From an uncultured Actinomycetota bacterium (GTDB taxonomy: Bacteria; Actinomycetota; Actinomycetes; Mycobacteriales; QHCD01): DNA of 64,000 bases. Positions 1 to 11,486 of this stretch are shown here, in pieces. The stretch covers positions 123,940 through 187,939 of the forward strand of contig CAVZJT010000006.1 in the NCBI GenBank assembly GCA_963775655.1, read 5' to 3'. The position numbers and the translations under genes are program-made. The notes below the pieces were generated by a model. It searched no databases and was not told where the DNA came from. It saw only the letters and a program-made list of their open reading frames with translations. Within the stretch, counting starts at the first letter, position 1. Each line of letters starts with the position of its first letter.

Positions 1-52
1 CGGTGATCGGCCGGATCTCGATCCGGTCGGCGGCAGCGGCGGTCTCGCTCAT
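1..52 (-). CDS. cofE: Coenzyme F420-0:L-glutamate ligase, N-terminal fragment (runs off window)
   Basis: ATG at 52 overlaps the cofD stop (ATGA). Reads MSETAAAADRIEIRPIT, like the CofE/FbiB N-terminus; cofD-cofE synteny is usual. Confidence 0.6.
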   Translation of the reverse strand, partial: MSETAAAADRIEIRPIT

Positions 53-1035
53 GCGACCAGATCGAGCGTGGCCCGGGCCATGGCGATGGTCGCGTCGAGA
101 TCGGTCATCAGCAGCGGGACGTCGCGCACGGTCACCCCGGGGACGGTGCTGCCGGCGTCGGTGGTGTCGACCAGCCAGCCGTCGAGCAGCCCGCCGGTGA
201 TGCGGGCGCCGTAGTGCCGGCCGACGGCTTCGGCCGAGGTGGGTACGCCGATCGCGGACAGGCAGGCGTCGGCCATCCCACGCACCGGGGCGCCGCCCAC
301 GATCGGCGACAGCCCCACGACCGGTGCCCGCGCGGACCGGACGGCGTCACGGATCCCGGGGATGCCGAGGATCGTGCCGACGCTCACCACCGGGTTGCTG
401 GGCGCGAGCACGACCAGGTCGGCGTCGGCGAGCGCGTCGAGTACGCCGGGAGCCGGCTTCGCCGAGTCCACTCCCACCTGCACGAAGGCGTGCGCGGGCA
501 ACTCGGCGTGGTGGCGCAGCCACCACTCCTGGAAGTGGATGGCCCGCCGGCCGGTGCCGGTCGGGGTCAGCTCCGCGTCCTCGGCGAGGTCGACCACGAC
601 GTGGGTCTCCACCCGCTCGTCGCTCATCGGCAGCAGCCGTACGCCGGGCTGCCAGCGGGCACACAGGGCGTCGGTGACCGCCGACAGGGGATATCCGGCG
701 TCCAGCATCCGGGTGCGGACCAGGTGGGTGGCGAGGTCGCGGTCGCCGAGCCCGAACCAGCCCGGGCCGACGTCGTACGCCGCGAGCTCCTCGCTCACCC
801 GCCAGGTCTCGTCCCGGCGACCCCAGCCGCGGTCCGGGTCGATGCCTCCGCCGAGGGTGTACATCACGGTGTCGAGGTCCGGGCAGATCCGCAGCCCGTG
901 CAGGGTCAGGTCGTCGCCGGTGTTGCAGATGGCGGTGAGCCGGTGGTCGGGGCCCGGCTCGGCGCCGAGCAGTGCCTTCAGCCCGGTGAGAAAGCGGGCT
1001 CCACCGATACCCCCGACGAGCGCCACAACATGCAC
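49..1035 (-). CDS. cofD: 2-phospho-L-lactate transferase (F420 biosynthesis)
   Basis: GGIGGARFL, NTGDD, ICPDLDTVMYTL, WFGLGDRD, HFQEWW and APSNPVVS motifs; start placed at GTG 1035. Confidence 0.95.
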   Translation of the reverse strand: MHVVALVGGIGGARFLTGLKALLGAEPGPDHRLTAICNTGDDLTLHGLRICPDLDTVMYTLGGGIDPDRGWGRRDETWRVSEELAAYDVGPGWFGLGDRDLATHLVRTRMLDAGYPLSAVTDALCARWQPGVRLLPMSDERVETHVVVDLAEDAELTPTGTGRRAIHFQEWWLRHHAELPAHAFVQVGVDSAKPAPGVLDALADADLVVLAPSNPVVSVGTILGIPGIRDAVRSARAPVVGLSPIVGGAPVRGMADACLSAIGVPTSAEAVGRHYGARITGGLLDGWLVDTTDAGSTVPGVTVRDVPLLMTDLDATIAMARATLDLVA

Positions 1036-1255
1036 TCCGTCATGGTGGCAGACCCGCCGGTCCGAGCGGGCGTCGGCACCGAAGCGGTCGTCGGCGCCAG
1101 CTGACCGGCCGTCCAATACCAGAGGTTGGCTTGACGTACACGCAACGACACGGGTGTAATCACAGGGATGTCATTCGTGCCGATGGGGGTACGGCATCAA
1201 GGGGCCAGCCGGCCCCGCCTCGGGGAGTTCGAGCCAGCTAGGGGAGGGCGTCACG

Positions 1256-1540
1256 ATGAGTGAGCCCATGCATGGGGAGTTCGCCGGAGCGATGAGTGCG
1301 GTGCTCGGTGAAGACGGAACTGACGAGGACTGGCAGGAGCGGGCGCTGTGCGCCCAGACCGACCCGGAGGCATTCTTCCCGGAGAAGGGTGGCTCCACTC
1401 GCGAGGCGAAGAAGATCTGCACCGGCTGCGACGTCCGCAGCGAATGCCTGGAATACGCGCTCGCCCACGACGAGCGGTTCGGCATCTGGGGAGGACTCTC
1501 CGAGCGGGAGCGCCGCCGGCTCAAGCGGCGCGCCGGCTAG
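1256..1540 (+). CDS. whiB: WhiB-family transcription factor (WhiB/WhiB2 type)
   Basis: WQERALCAQTDPEAFFPEKGGSTREAKKIC..C..RSECLEYAL..DERFGIWGGLSERERR; four Cys; divergent from cofD as usual. Confidence 0.96.
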   Translation: MSEPMHGEFAGAMSAVLGEDGTDEDWQERALCAQTDPEAFFPEKGGSTREAKKICTGCDVRSECLEYALAHDERFGIWGGLSERERRRLKRRAG

Positions 1541-1570
1541 CGCCGAGCGGGGCGCGGCCCGGAGGGACGC

Positions 1571-2047
1571 TCAGTCGGGCGGATCGAGTTCCTCCGGGTC
1601 GAGCCCGAGCAGGTTCGCCACCTGCTCGACCACGACGTCGTGCACCAGGTCGTCGAGATCGAGCGGGTCCGCCGCCCGGGCCTCGAGCGGCCGCCGGTAG
1701 ACGATGATCCGCGGCGGAATGGGCCGGCCGTCCCGGTCGACCCCGGCCGGGCGCAGCCGGGCCAGCGGGATGGCGCCGTCGTCGACGACATCGCTGTCGT
1801 AGACGACCGCCTCGGCCGAGGTGCTCGCGACATGGGGCACGTCTTCCACCGCGAACTCGACGCCGTCCAACTCGTGCGGGCGGAGCCGGTCGAGCCCGTC
1901 GACGGCGTCGAGCACCATGTCGTCGAACTCCTGGGCCCGGGTGCGCGAGAGCGGGACCGAGGCCGGGACGAGGGTGCCGCGCAACCCCCGACCGCGCCGG
2001 TCCCGGTGCGGCGAGCGCCGCGGTGGGCGGCCGGGAGTACCGGACAT
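1571..2047 (-). CDS. Zinicin-like metallopeptidase family protein
   Basis: RDRRGRGLRG, VEFAVEDVP and IIVYRRPLEARA...VVVEQVANLLG; conserved neighbour of whiB. Confidence 0.85.
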   Translation of the reverse strand: MSGTPGRPPRRSPHRDRRGRGLRGTLVPASVPLSRTRAQEFDDMVLDAVDGLDRLRPHELDGVEFAVEDVPHVASTSAEAVVYDSDVVDDGAIPLARLRPAGVDRDGRPIPPRIIVYRRPLEARAADPLDLDDLVHDVVVEQVANLLGLDPEELDPPD

Positions 2048-2128
2048 GCGGCCAGGATACGGCGACACGACGCGATGTCCGTCGCGCCTGCCCCGTCCGG
2101 CGGGCGCCGGGGTCTATCGTCGCCGACC

Positions 2129-2485
2129 GTGGGTCATGTTCGGCGGTGCTCCCGGACGGGATGCGGCAACAAAGCAGCGGCGACGCTGACCTACGTCTAC
2201 GCCGACTCCACGGCGGTGGTCGGGCCACTGGCCGGCTACGCCGAACCGCACAGCTACGACCTGTGCGAGGCCCACGCGATGCGGCTCACCGCGCCCCGTG
2301 GCTGGGAACTGGTACGCCACGAAGGCCAGTACGACGTCGCCGGCCCCACCGGAGACGACCTCGAGGCGCTCGCCGATGCCGTCCGCGAAGCCGCCCGGCC
2401 CGAACGGCAGGCCGAGGGCGATCGGCCCGCCGACCCCGGCACCGGCCGCCGTGGCCACCTGCGGGTCGTGCCCACCTCCCGCTGA
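2129..2485 (+). CDS. DUF3499 family protein
   Basis: RRCSRTGC..AAATLTYVYADSTAVVGPL..EPHSYDLC..HA; start uncertain. Confidence 0.88.
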   Translation: MGHVRRCSRTGCGNKAAATLTYVYADSTAVVGPLAGYAEPHSYDLCEAHAMRLTAPRGWELVRHEGQYDVAGPTGDDLEALADAVREAARPERQAEGDRPADPGTGRRGHLRVVPTSR

Positions 2486-2531
2486 GTACGCTCGTGGCTC
2501 GCACCAGACGGCCGGGGAAGGGACCACGACG

Positions 2532-3881
2532 ATGCGCGATCTGTCGGCGATCGTAAAGGCCTACGACATCCGTGGTGTCGTCCCTGATCAGCTGGACGAG
2601 GAGATCGCCCACGACGTGGGAGCGGCGTTCGTCCGGGTCATGGGCGCCACGTCCATCGTCACCGCGCACGACATGCGCCCGTCCTCCGGCCCGCTGTCCG
2701 CGGCGTTCGCGCGCGGAGCCACCGAACAGGGCGCCGACGTGATCGAGGCCGGACTCGCCTCCACCGACATGCTCTACTTCGGCGCCGGATCGCTCGACAT
2801 GCCCGGCGCGATGTTCACCGCGAGCCACAACCCCGCCCGCTACAACGGCATCAAGCTGTGCCGGGCCGGTGCCGCACCGGTCGGGCAGGAGAGCGGACTG
2901 ACCGAGATCCGGGAACTGGTCGAGGCCGGTGTCCCGGCGTACGACGGCCCGCCCGGCTCGGTCTCGCAGCGCGACCTGCTCAGCGACTATGCGGCGTACC
3001 TGAAGCAGCTGGTCGACCTGTCCGGGATCCGGCGGTTGTCGGTGGTCGCCGACGCCGGCAACGGGATGGCCGGGCACACCGTGCCGGTGGTCTTCGAGGG
3101 CCTGCCGATCGACCTGACGCCGATGTACTTCGAGCTGGACGGATCGTTTCCCAACCACGAGGCCAACCCGATCGAGCCGGACAACCTGCGTGACCTGCAG
3201 GCGAAGGTCCGCGAGATCGGCGCGGACGCCGGGCTGGCCTTCGACGGCGACGCCGACCGCTGCTTCGTCATCGACGAGCGCGGCGAGGCCGTCTCGCCGT
3301 CGGTGATCACCGCCCTGGTCGCCACCCGGGAGCTGGCCCGGGAGCCGGGCGCCAGCATCATCCACAACCTGATCACCTCGCACGCCGTCCCGGAGATCGT
3401 CCGGGAGCACGGCGGCACCCCGGTCCGCAGCCGGGTCGGGCACTCGTTCATCAAGGGCACGATGGCCGAGACCGGGGCGATCTTCGGTGGCGAGCATTCC
3501 GGGCACTTCTACTTCCGCGACTTCTGGCGGGCCGACTCCGGGATGCTCGCGGCGCTGCACGTGCTCGCCGCGCTCGGCGGTCAGGACCGGCCGCTGTCGG
3601 AGCTGGTCGACGAGTTCAGCCGCTACGTCGCCTCCGGGGAGATCAACTCCACGGTCGACGACCAGGCCGCCCGGACCGCCGCGGTGAAGGCCGCCTTCGC
3701 CGACCGCCCCGGCGCGACGATCGACGAGCTCGACGGGCTGACCGTCGACCTGTCCAACGGCGCGTGGTTCAACCTGCGCCCGTCCAACACCGAGCCGCTG
3801 CTCCGGCTGAACGTCGAGGCGCCCGACGACGCGCGGATGGGCGAGCTGCGCGACGAGGTGCTCGGTATCGTCCGGTCCTGA
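2532..3881 (+). CDS. manB: Phosphomannomutase/phosphoglucomutase
   Basis: KAYDIRG, TASHNP (phospho-Ser), FDGDADR (metal loop), GGEHSGH, RPSNTEP. Confidence 0.95.
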   Translation: MRDLSAIVKAYDIRGVVPDQLDEEIAHDVGAAFVRVMGATSIVTAHDMRPSSGPLSAAFARGATEQGADVIEAGLASTDMLYFGAGSLDMPGAMFTASHNPARYNGIKLCRAGAAPVGQESGLTEIRELVEAGVPAYDGPPGSVSQRDLLSDYAAYLKQLVDLSGIRRLSVVADAGNGMAGHTVPVVFEGLPIDLTPMYFELDGSFPNHEANPIEPDNLRDLQAKVREIGADAGLAFDGDADRCFVIDERGEAVSPSVITALVATRELAREPGASIIHNLITSHAVPEIVREHGGTPVRSRVGHSFIKGTMAETGAIFGGEHSGHFYFRDFWRADSGMLAALHVLAALGGQDRPLSELVDEFSRYVASGEINSTVDDQAARTAAVKAAFADRPGATIDELDGLTVDLSNGAWFNLRPSNTEPLLRLNVEAPDDARMGELRDEVLGIVRS

Positions 3882-3904
3882 CCAGCCAACCCTCGGGAGC
3901 CCCG

Positions 3905-4105
3905 GTGAACCTCGATCCTGCCCTGCTGGAGATCCTCGCCTGCCCGGCGTGCCACGCCGAGCTCCGCGTCGACGACGCGGCCTCGCAACTCATCTGCACG
4001 GGCTGCGGGCTGGCCTACCCGGTCCGTGACGACATCCCGGTGCTGCTCGTCGACGAGGCGACCCGCCCGGGCCGGCCGGCGCCGGACGACGCCGGCTCGT
4101 CCTGA
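3905..4105 (+). CDS. Trm112-family small Zn-binding protein
   Basis: LLEILACPAC...C..C..AYPVRDDIPVLLVDEA. Confidence 0.92.
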   Translation: MNLDPALLEILACPACHAELRVDDAASQLICTGCGLAYPVRDDIPVLLVDEATRPGRPAPDDAGSS

Positions 4106-4115
4106 CCTTCCCCCG

Positions 4116-5276
4116 ATGAGCGTCGGATCCGGGCCCGGACCGGTCGACGAGACGGTCCTCGACGACCCCGACCGGCTGGCGTCCGCCGATCCGGCCGGAC
4201 TGCTGCGGGAGAACGCCACCGCCGGCCCGCAGGTCCGGCGTACGGCTGCGGCCGCCGACGAGGGCGGCGTGGCGTCCCTGGCCGGTCAGGGTGCCCCGCG
4301 CAGTGTGCTCGTCGTGGGGAGCGGCGTGTGCCGGCTGGCCGCGCAGGCGCTGTCGGTGCTCACCGGACCGGAGGTCACCGCCCCGGTCGTGGCCCACGTC
4401 GGGCCCGACCTGCCGCGCTGGGTCGGGGCCGCCGACCTCGTCGTCGGGCTGAGCGCGTCCGGCGCCAACGCCGCCACCCTGTCCGTCCTGCAGGCGGCCG
4501 GGTCGCGGGGCTGTGAGGTCGCCGCGGTGGGTCCGGCCGACACCCCGCTGGCGGCGGTCGTGTCCCGCGCCCGCGGCACCCTGGTGGCGGCTCCCGATCA
4601 CGGACCGGCCCGCACCCGGCTGTGGTCCCTGCTCACCGGGCTGATCTGCCTGGCCGGCCCGGTCGGGCTGCTGGACGTGCCCGGTGACCTCCTCGAGGCC
4701 GTGGCCCAGCGGCTGGACGACGACGCGGTGCGCTGCCGGCCGACCAGCGAGTCGTTCGTCAACCCGGCCAAGCAGGTGGCGCTGCAGCTCGCCGGCTCGC
4801 TGCCGGTGGTGTGGGGATCCTCCGGGCTCGCCGACGTCGCGGCCCGCCGCTTCGCCGACATGCTCGCGGCCTCCGCGCGCTACCCGGCCGTGACCGGCGG
4901 GTTCGACGACCTGTGGCCCGGCGGGCTCGGGGCGCTCGACGGACCGTTCGGCGCCGGCGGCGTCACACCTCACCCGGCCGAGGACGACCTGTTCCGGGAC
5001 CGGGTCGACGAGCCGCAGCCGGTACGGGCCCGCCTGGTCATGGTGCGTGACGCCGACCCGGAGGTCGCCGCGGTCCGCCGCCTTTCCCAGGTCGACGACC
5101 TGATCGAACGGCGGGGCCTGCCGGTCACGGAGTGCGCGGCGGAGGAGGCGCCGCCGTTGCTTCGGCTGGCCCAGCTGATCGGCGTACTCGATTTCGCCGC
5201 GAGCTACCTCGCGATGCTCTACGGGATCGATCCGTGGGGTGCGGTCGAGGACGGTCCGCCCGGGTCGGCGCCGTGA
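4116..5276 (+). CDS. SIS-domain protein (TobH / bifunctional PGI-PMI-like)
   Basis: LDDPDRLASADP.GLLR, LPRWVGAADLVV.LS.SG, NPAKQVALQL; conserved position after the Trm112-like gene. Confidence 0.8.
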   Translation: MSVGSGPGPVDETVLDDPDRLASADPAGLLRENATAGPQVRRTAAAADEGGVASLAGQGAPRSVLVVGSGVCRLAAQALSVLTGPEVTAPVVAHVGPDLPRWVGAADLVVGLSASGANAATLSVLQAAGSRGCEVAAVGPADTPLAAVVSRARGTLVAAPDHGPARTRLWSLLTGLICLAGPVGLLDVPGDLLEAVAQRLDDDAVRCRPTSESFVNPAKQVALQLAGSLPVVWGSSGLADVAARRFADMLAASARYPAVTGGFDDLWPGGLGALDGPFGAGGVTPHPAEDDLFRDRVDEPQPVRARLVMVRDADPEVAAVRRLSQVDDLIERRGLPVTECAAEEAPPLLRLAQLIGVLDFAASYLAMLYGIDPWGAVEDGPPGSAP

Positions 5277-5298
5277 CGGCCGACACCGCACCGAGGCG

Positions 5299-6264
5299 AT
5301 GAGCACCTCCGGCGGCACCCGGGCGGTGATCGCCGCACTCGGCGCCAACCTCGGCATCGCGGCGGCGAAGTTCGTCGGCTTCTTCATCACTGGCTCGACG
5401 TCGATGCTCGCCGAGTCGGTGCACTCCGTGGCCGATTCGTGCAACCAGATACTGCTGCTCGTCGGGGGCCGCACCGCCACCCGGGCGGCCAACGAGGAAC
5501 ACCCGTTCGGCTACGGCCGCGACCGGTACTTCTACGCCTTCGTGGTCGCGCTCGTGATCTTCTCGCTCGGCTCGGTCTTCGCGCTCTACGAAGGGGTGCA
5601 CAAGCTCCAGCACCCCAAGCAGCTCGAATCGCCGCTGGTCGCGGTGCTGATCCTGCTCGTGGCCGCCGTCCTGGAGGGGTTCTCCTTCCGTACGGCGGTG
5701 CACGAGGCGGGCAAGGTGCGTGGCCGCAGCTCCTGGGCCGGCTACATCCGGCGGGCCAAGGCCCCCGAGATCCCGGTGGTCCTGCTCGAGGACTTCGGCG
5801 CGCTGATCGGCCTGCTGTTCGCCCTCATCGGCGTCGGCCTGGCCACCCTGACCGACGAACCGCGATGGGACGCCGCCGGGTCGCTGGCCATCGGCGTCCT
5901 GCTCGGCGCCATCGCGATCGTGCTGATCATCGAGACGAAGAGCCTGCTCATCGGCGAGGCCGCCTCGCCGGACGCGGTGGCCCGGATCCGTGCGGCGCTG
6001 GTCGGGCAGAGTGTGGACCGGGTGATCCACCTGCGCACCCTGCACCTCGGACCCGAGGAGTTGCTGGTCGCGGCGAAGATCGCGGTGCCCCGCACCATCA
6101 GCCTGGACAAGGTCGCCGCCGCCATCGACAGTGCCGAACGCCGGGTCCGCGAGGTGGAGCCGCTGGCGCGGGTCATCTACCTCGAACCCGACCTCGACCG
6201 CGGACCCCAGCCGGGAACACCGCCCGGAACCCAGCCCGAGACCCCACAAGGAAGCCCGCAATGA
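5299..6264 (+). CDS. Cation diffusion facilitator (CDF) transporter
   Basis: ESVHSVADS.NQ, HPFGYGR, LLEDFGAL; several TM helices. Confidence 0.93.
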   Translation: MSTSGGTRAVIAALGANLGIAAAKFVGFFITGSTSMLAESVHSVADSCNQILLLVGGRTATRAANEEHPFGYGRDRYFYAFVVALVIFSLGSVFALYEGVHKLQHPKQLESPLVAVLILLVAAVLEGFSFRTAVHEAGKVRGRSSWAGYIRRAKAPEIPVVLLEDFGALIGLLFALIGVGLATLTDEPRWDAAGSLAIGVLLGAIAIVLIIETKSLLIGEAASPDAVARIRAALVGQSVDRVIHLRTLHLGPEELLVAAKIAVPRTISLDKVAAAIDSAERRVREVEPLARVIYLEPDLDRGPQPGTPPGTQPETPQGSPQ

Positions 6265-7460
6265 TCTTCCCGCTCACCAACCCGGTGCGCCCGTACGCGT
6301 GGGGTTCGCGCACCGTGCTCCCGGACCTGCTGGGCGAACCCAGTCCGGCGCCGGAGCCGCAGGCCGAACTGTGGATGGGGGCCCACTCCACCGGCTCGTC
6401 CCGGCTGCCCAACGGCGAGCCGCTGGACAAGCGCATCGCCGCCGACCCGGTCGGCGAGCTGGGCGAGCACACCGTCGCCGAGCTCGGACCCACGCTGCCC
6501 TTCCTGGCCAAGCTGCTGGCCGCGGACGCCCCGCTCTCGCTGCAGGCGCACCCGACCACCGAGCTGGCCCGGGCCGGGTACGACGCCGAGGAGGCGGCCG
6601 GGATCCCGCCGGACGACCCGCGCCGCAACTACCCCGATCCGCACCACAAGCCGGAGCTGATCTGCGCCGTCACCCCGTTCACCGGCCTGATCGGCTTCCG
6701 CGACGTCACCGAGACCCGCCGGCTGCTCGCCGACCTCGCGGTACCCGAACTCGCGGCCTATGACGCCGTCCTCGCGGACCACCCGGACGAGGCCGGCCTG
6801 CGGCACGTGGTGGGCGCGCTGCTGGCTCTCGATCCCGCCGAGCGCGGGCCACTGGTCACCGCCGTGGGTGCCGCCTGCCGGGTGGGCGGCGGCGAGTTCG
6901 CGCCGGAGAAGTCATGTGTCGCCGACCTGGCGGCGGCGTATCCCGAGGACGCCGGCGTCGTCGTCGCGCTGCTGATGAACCTCGTCCGGCTGGCGCCCGG
7001 GCAGGCGGTGTTCCTGCCCGCCGGAAACCTGCACGCCTACCTGTCCGGGTTCGGTGTCGAGGTGCTGGTCAACTCCGACAACGTGCTGCGCGGCGGGCTG
7101 ACCGGCAAACACGTCGACGTCCCCGAGCTGCTGCGGGTGCTCGACCCGGTCCCGGGCCCGCCGCCGGTGCAGTCCGGGCGCGCGCTGCCCAACGGCGAGC
7201 ATGTCTACGACGTCCCGGCCAAGGAGTTCCGGCTGTCCCGGATCACGGTGTCCGATGACGCGGTGACCGTCGACGCGGCCGGCCCGCAAATCCTCGTGGC
7301 GCTGTCCGGCACGGTGCGGGTCGAGCAGGACGCCCAATCCGTCGCGCTGGCTCCGGGCCGGTCGGCCTACCTCCCGGCCGGCGGGGGACCGGTGACGGTC
7401 ACCGGCTCCGGGACGGCGTACCGGGTCAGCACCAACCTCGAGGCGCCCGGGACGCCGTAG
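6261..7460 (+). CDS. manA: Mannose-6-phosphate isomerase, class I
   Basis: YAWGS, AELWMGAH, LSLQAHP, NYPDPHHKPE, HAYL.G, NSDNVLRGGLT; ATG overlaps the CDF stop. Confidence 0.95.
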   Translation: MIFPLTNPVRPYAWGSRTVLPDLLGEPSPAPEPQAELWMGAHSTGSSRLPNGEPLDKRIAADPVGELGEHTVAELGPTLPFLAKLLAADAPLSLQAHPTTELARAGYDAEEAAGIPPDDPRRNYPDPHHKPELICAVTPFTGLIGFRDVTETRRLLADLAVPELAAYDAVLADHPDEAGLRHVVGALLALDPAERGPLVTAVGAACRVGGGEFAPEKSCVADLAAAYPEDAGVVVALLMNLVRLAPGQAVFLPAGNLHAYLSGFGVEVLVNSDNVLRGGLTGKHVDVPELLRVLDPVPGPPPVQSGRALPNGEHVYDVPAKEFRLSRITVSDDAVTVDAAGPQILVALSGTVRVEQDAQSVALAPGRSAYLPAGGGPVTVTGSGTAYRVSTNLEAPGTP

Positions 7461-7481
7461 GAACGGGTCGCGGCCGCACGA

Positions 7482-7505
7482 ACGTTGACACGACCGTGGT
7501 AACGT
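7482..7505. promoter_or_regulatory. Imperfect 24-bp palindrome, candidate operator of the MerR-ahcY operon
   Basis: ACGTTgaCACGacCGTGgtAACGT; includes a TAACGT -10-like hexamer 8 nt before ATG 7514. Confidence 0.45.
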
Positions 7506-7513
7506 CCGGGGCG

Positions 7514-7929
7514 ATGGATGCCCTCACGATCCACGAAGCGGCGGAGACGACCGGCTGGTCGGCGCGCATGCTGCGGTACATCGAGGCGATCGGCCTGGTC
7601 GAGGCGTCCCGGTCGCCGGCCGGCTACCGCCTGTACGGCCCGGCCCAGCTGCAGCGGCTGCGTACGCTGCGCGAGCTGCTCGCCGATCACGACCTCGGCC
7701 TCGGCGACGTCGGGTTCGCCCGCCGGCTGCGCGCCGATGCCGAGCTGCGCGACGCCGTGGACGGATGGCTGTCGGCCACTCCCGAGCGGCCGGACGACGT
7801 CTCGCCGCCGGACTGGCTGCGCTTCGAGCAGGACAAGCACCAACGGTTGATCGCCGAGATCCGCGCCGACGAACCGGCGCCGGCCGACCGCCCCGCTGCG
7901 CCCCTCATCACACCTGTCAGGGAGTCCGC

Positions 7930-7933
<4 letters not shown>
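7514..7933 (+). CDS. MerR-family transcriptional regulator
   Basis: [26 protein letters not shown]...RSPAGYRLY winged HTH; stop overlaps the ahcY ATG. Confidence 0.9.
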
Positions 7934-9420
<1,487 letters not shown>

Positions 9421-9454
9421 CCCCGTCGACTCCCGGCCCCGCGGAGCAGGCGCG

Positions 9455-10726
9455 ATGAAGGTGGCACCGCCGTACGACGTCACCGACCTCGGCCTGGCCG
9501 CGGCCGGGCGCGGCCGGATCGACTGGGCCGACCGGGACATGCCGGTGCTGCGCGGGATCCGGGAGCGGTTCGGGGCCGAACGCCCGTTGGCCGGGCTGAC
9601 CGTCGCGGCGTGCATGCACGTCACGGCCGAGACCGCCAACCTGATGCGCACCCTGGTCGCGGGCGGTGCGCAGGTCGCCCTGGCGGCGTCCAACCCGCTG
9701 TCGACGCAGGACGACACGGCAGCCGCGCTGGTCGCCGATCACGACGTCGCCGTGTTCGCGCGGGCCGGCGTCGACCTGCCCGAGTACTACCGGCACATCG
9801 GCGCCGTACTCGACCGGGAGCCGGACCTCGTGCTCGACGACGCCTGCGACCTGGTCAGCACCCTGCACGCCGAGCGGACCGACCTGCTCGACCGGGTCCG
9901 GGCCGGCTGCGAGCAGACCACCACCGGGCTGCTCCGGTTGCGGGCGATGGCGCGCGCCGGCGCGCTGCGGATCCCGATGATCGCGGTCAACGACACCGGG
10001 ACCAAACAGCTCTTCGACAACACCTACGGCACCGGGCAGTCGGTGCTCGATGCGATCTTCCGCGCCACCAACATGCTGCTGGCCGGCCGCACCGTCGTCG
10101 TCGCCGGCTACGGATCGTGCGGGCGCGGCGTCGCCAGCCGGGCCACCGGGCTGGGTGCCTCCGTGGTGGTCACCGAGATCGACCCGGTCCGGGCGCTGGA
10201 CGCCACCATGAACGGCTACCGGGTGATGCCGATGGCCGCGGCGGCCCCGATCGGCGACGTCTTCATCACCGTCACCGGCAACCGGGACGTCGTCGTCGAG
10301 CCGCACCTGCAGGCGATGAAGGACGGAGCGCTCCTGGTCAATGCGGGGCACTTCGACGTCGAGATCGACGTCCGCTGGCTGGCCGAGCACGCGGTCCGGG
10401 TCCGCCGCCAGGTGCGCCCGCACACCGACGAATACGTGCTGGCCGACGGCCGCCGGCTCCTGCTGCTCGCCGAGGGCCGGGTCGCCAACCTCGGCGCCGC
10501 GGAGGGCCACCCGGCGGCCGTCATGGACATGTCCTTCGCCGACCAGGCGCTCACCACCGCGTGGCTCGTCCGGCATCACGCCGAACTGCCGCCCGGCGTG
10601 TACGACGTCCCCGCCGCGGTCGACGACGAGGTCGCCCGCCGGAAGCTCGCCTCGATGGGCCTCGCGATCGACCGGCTGAGCGACGTCCAGACCCGGTATC
10701 TGGACTCCTGGGAGCACGGCAGTTGA
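9455..10726 (+). CDS. ahcY: Second adenosylhomocysteinase-family protein (short, archaeal-like type)
   Basis: CMHVTAET, SNPLSTQDD, EQTTTG, TKQLFDNTYGTGQS, GYGSCGRG, NAGHFDVEI, AEGHP; ends YLDSWEHGS. Confidence 0.88.
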   Translation: MKVAPPYDVTDLGLAAAGRGRIDWADRDMPVLRGIRERFGAERPLAGLTVAACMHVTAETANLMRTLVAGGAQVALAASNPLSTQDDTAAALVADHDVAVFARAGVDLPEYYRHIGAVLDREPDLVLDDACDLVSTLHAERTDLLDRVRAGCEQTTTGLLRLRAMARAGALRIPMIAVNDTGTKQLFDNTYGTGQSVLDAIFRATNMLLAGRTVVVAGYGSCGRGVASRATGLGASVVVTEIDPVRALDATMNGYRVMPMAAAAPIGDVFITVTGNRDVVVEPHLQAMKDGALLVNAGHFDVEIDVRWLAEHAVRVRRQVRPHTDEYVLADGRRLLLLAEGRVANLGAAEGHPAAVMDMSFADQALTTAWLVRHHAELPPGVYDVPAAVDDEVARRKLASMGLAIDRLSDVQTRYLDSWEHGS

Positions 10727-10804
10727 CCGTCGCCACGCCCGTCCGGAACGGCGCCGCGCCCGCGCGGGTCCCGGTTTGCGGTCCGGAGGTGCCACGATAG
10801 GGCT

Positions 10805-11482
10805 ATGAGGGGACGTGTGCTGGTGGTCGACGACGACCCGGCGCTCGCCGAGATGCTTGGCATCGTGCTGCGCAGCGAAGGGTTCGACGCCGCCTTCGTC
10901 GGTGACGGCGGTGCCGCGCTGGCCGCCTTCCACGAGATGCGTCCGGACGTCGTCCTGCTCGATCTGATGCTTCCCGGTATGAGCGGTATCGACGTGTGCC
11001 GGGCGATCCGGACCGAATCCGGCGTACCCATCGTGATGCTCACCGCCAAATCCGACACCGTGGACGTCGTGCTCGGGCTCGAGTCCGGCGCCGACGACTA
11101 CGTCGTCAAGCCGTTCAAGCCGAAGGAACTCGTCGCCCGGGTCCGGGCCCGGCTGCGCCGCAACGACGACGAACCGGTCGAGTCGCTGGCGATCGGCGAC
11201 CTGACCATCGACGTCTCGGGGCATTCGGTGAGCCGCTCCGGCGAGCTGATCAGCCTGACCCCGCTGGAGTTCGACCTGCTGCTGGCGCTGGCCCGCAAGC
11301 CGCGTCAGGTCTTCACCCGCGAGGTCCTGCTCGAACAGGTGTGGGGCTACCGGCACGCGGCCGACACCCGGCTGGTCAACGTCCACGTCCAGCGGCTGCG
11401 GTCGAAGATCGAACGCGATCCGGAGAACCCCCGCATCGTGCTGACCGTGCGCGGCGTCGGCTACAAGGCCGGGTCCCCGTAG
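10805..11482 (+). CDS. mtrA: Two-component response regulator MtrA
   Basis: RVLVVDDDPALAEMLGIVL...QVWGYRHAADTRLVNVHVQRLRSK; leaderless -10 CACGAT at 10793. Confidence 0.97.
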   Translation: MRGRVLVVDDDPALAEMLGIVLRSEGFDAAFVGDGGAALAAFHEMRPDVVLLDLMLPGMSGIDVCRAIRTESGVPIVMLTAKSDTVDVVLGLESGADDYVVKPFKPKELVARVRARLRRNDDEPVESLAIGDLTIDVSGHSVSRSGELISLTPLEFDLLLALARKPRQVFTREVLLEQVWGYRHAADTRLVNVHVQRLRSKIERDPENPRIVLTVRGVGYKAGSP

Positions 11483-11486
11483 CTCC

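Noticed and set aside
1131-1162. WhiA GACAC box in the whiB promoter (and similar GACAC near 39662)
   Set aside because: A 5-mer is too common, and the -35/-10 spacing is ambiguous without transcription start data.
7461-7929. SAH riboswitch upstream of ahcY
   Set aside because: The upstream region is occupied by the overlapping MerR ORF and I see no riboswitch-like leader.
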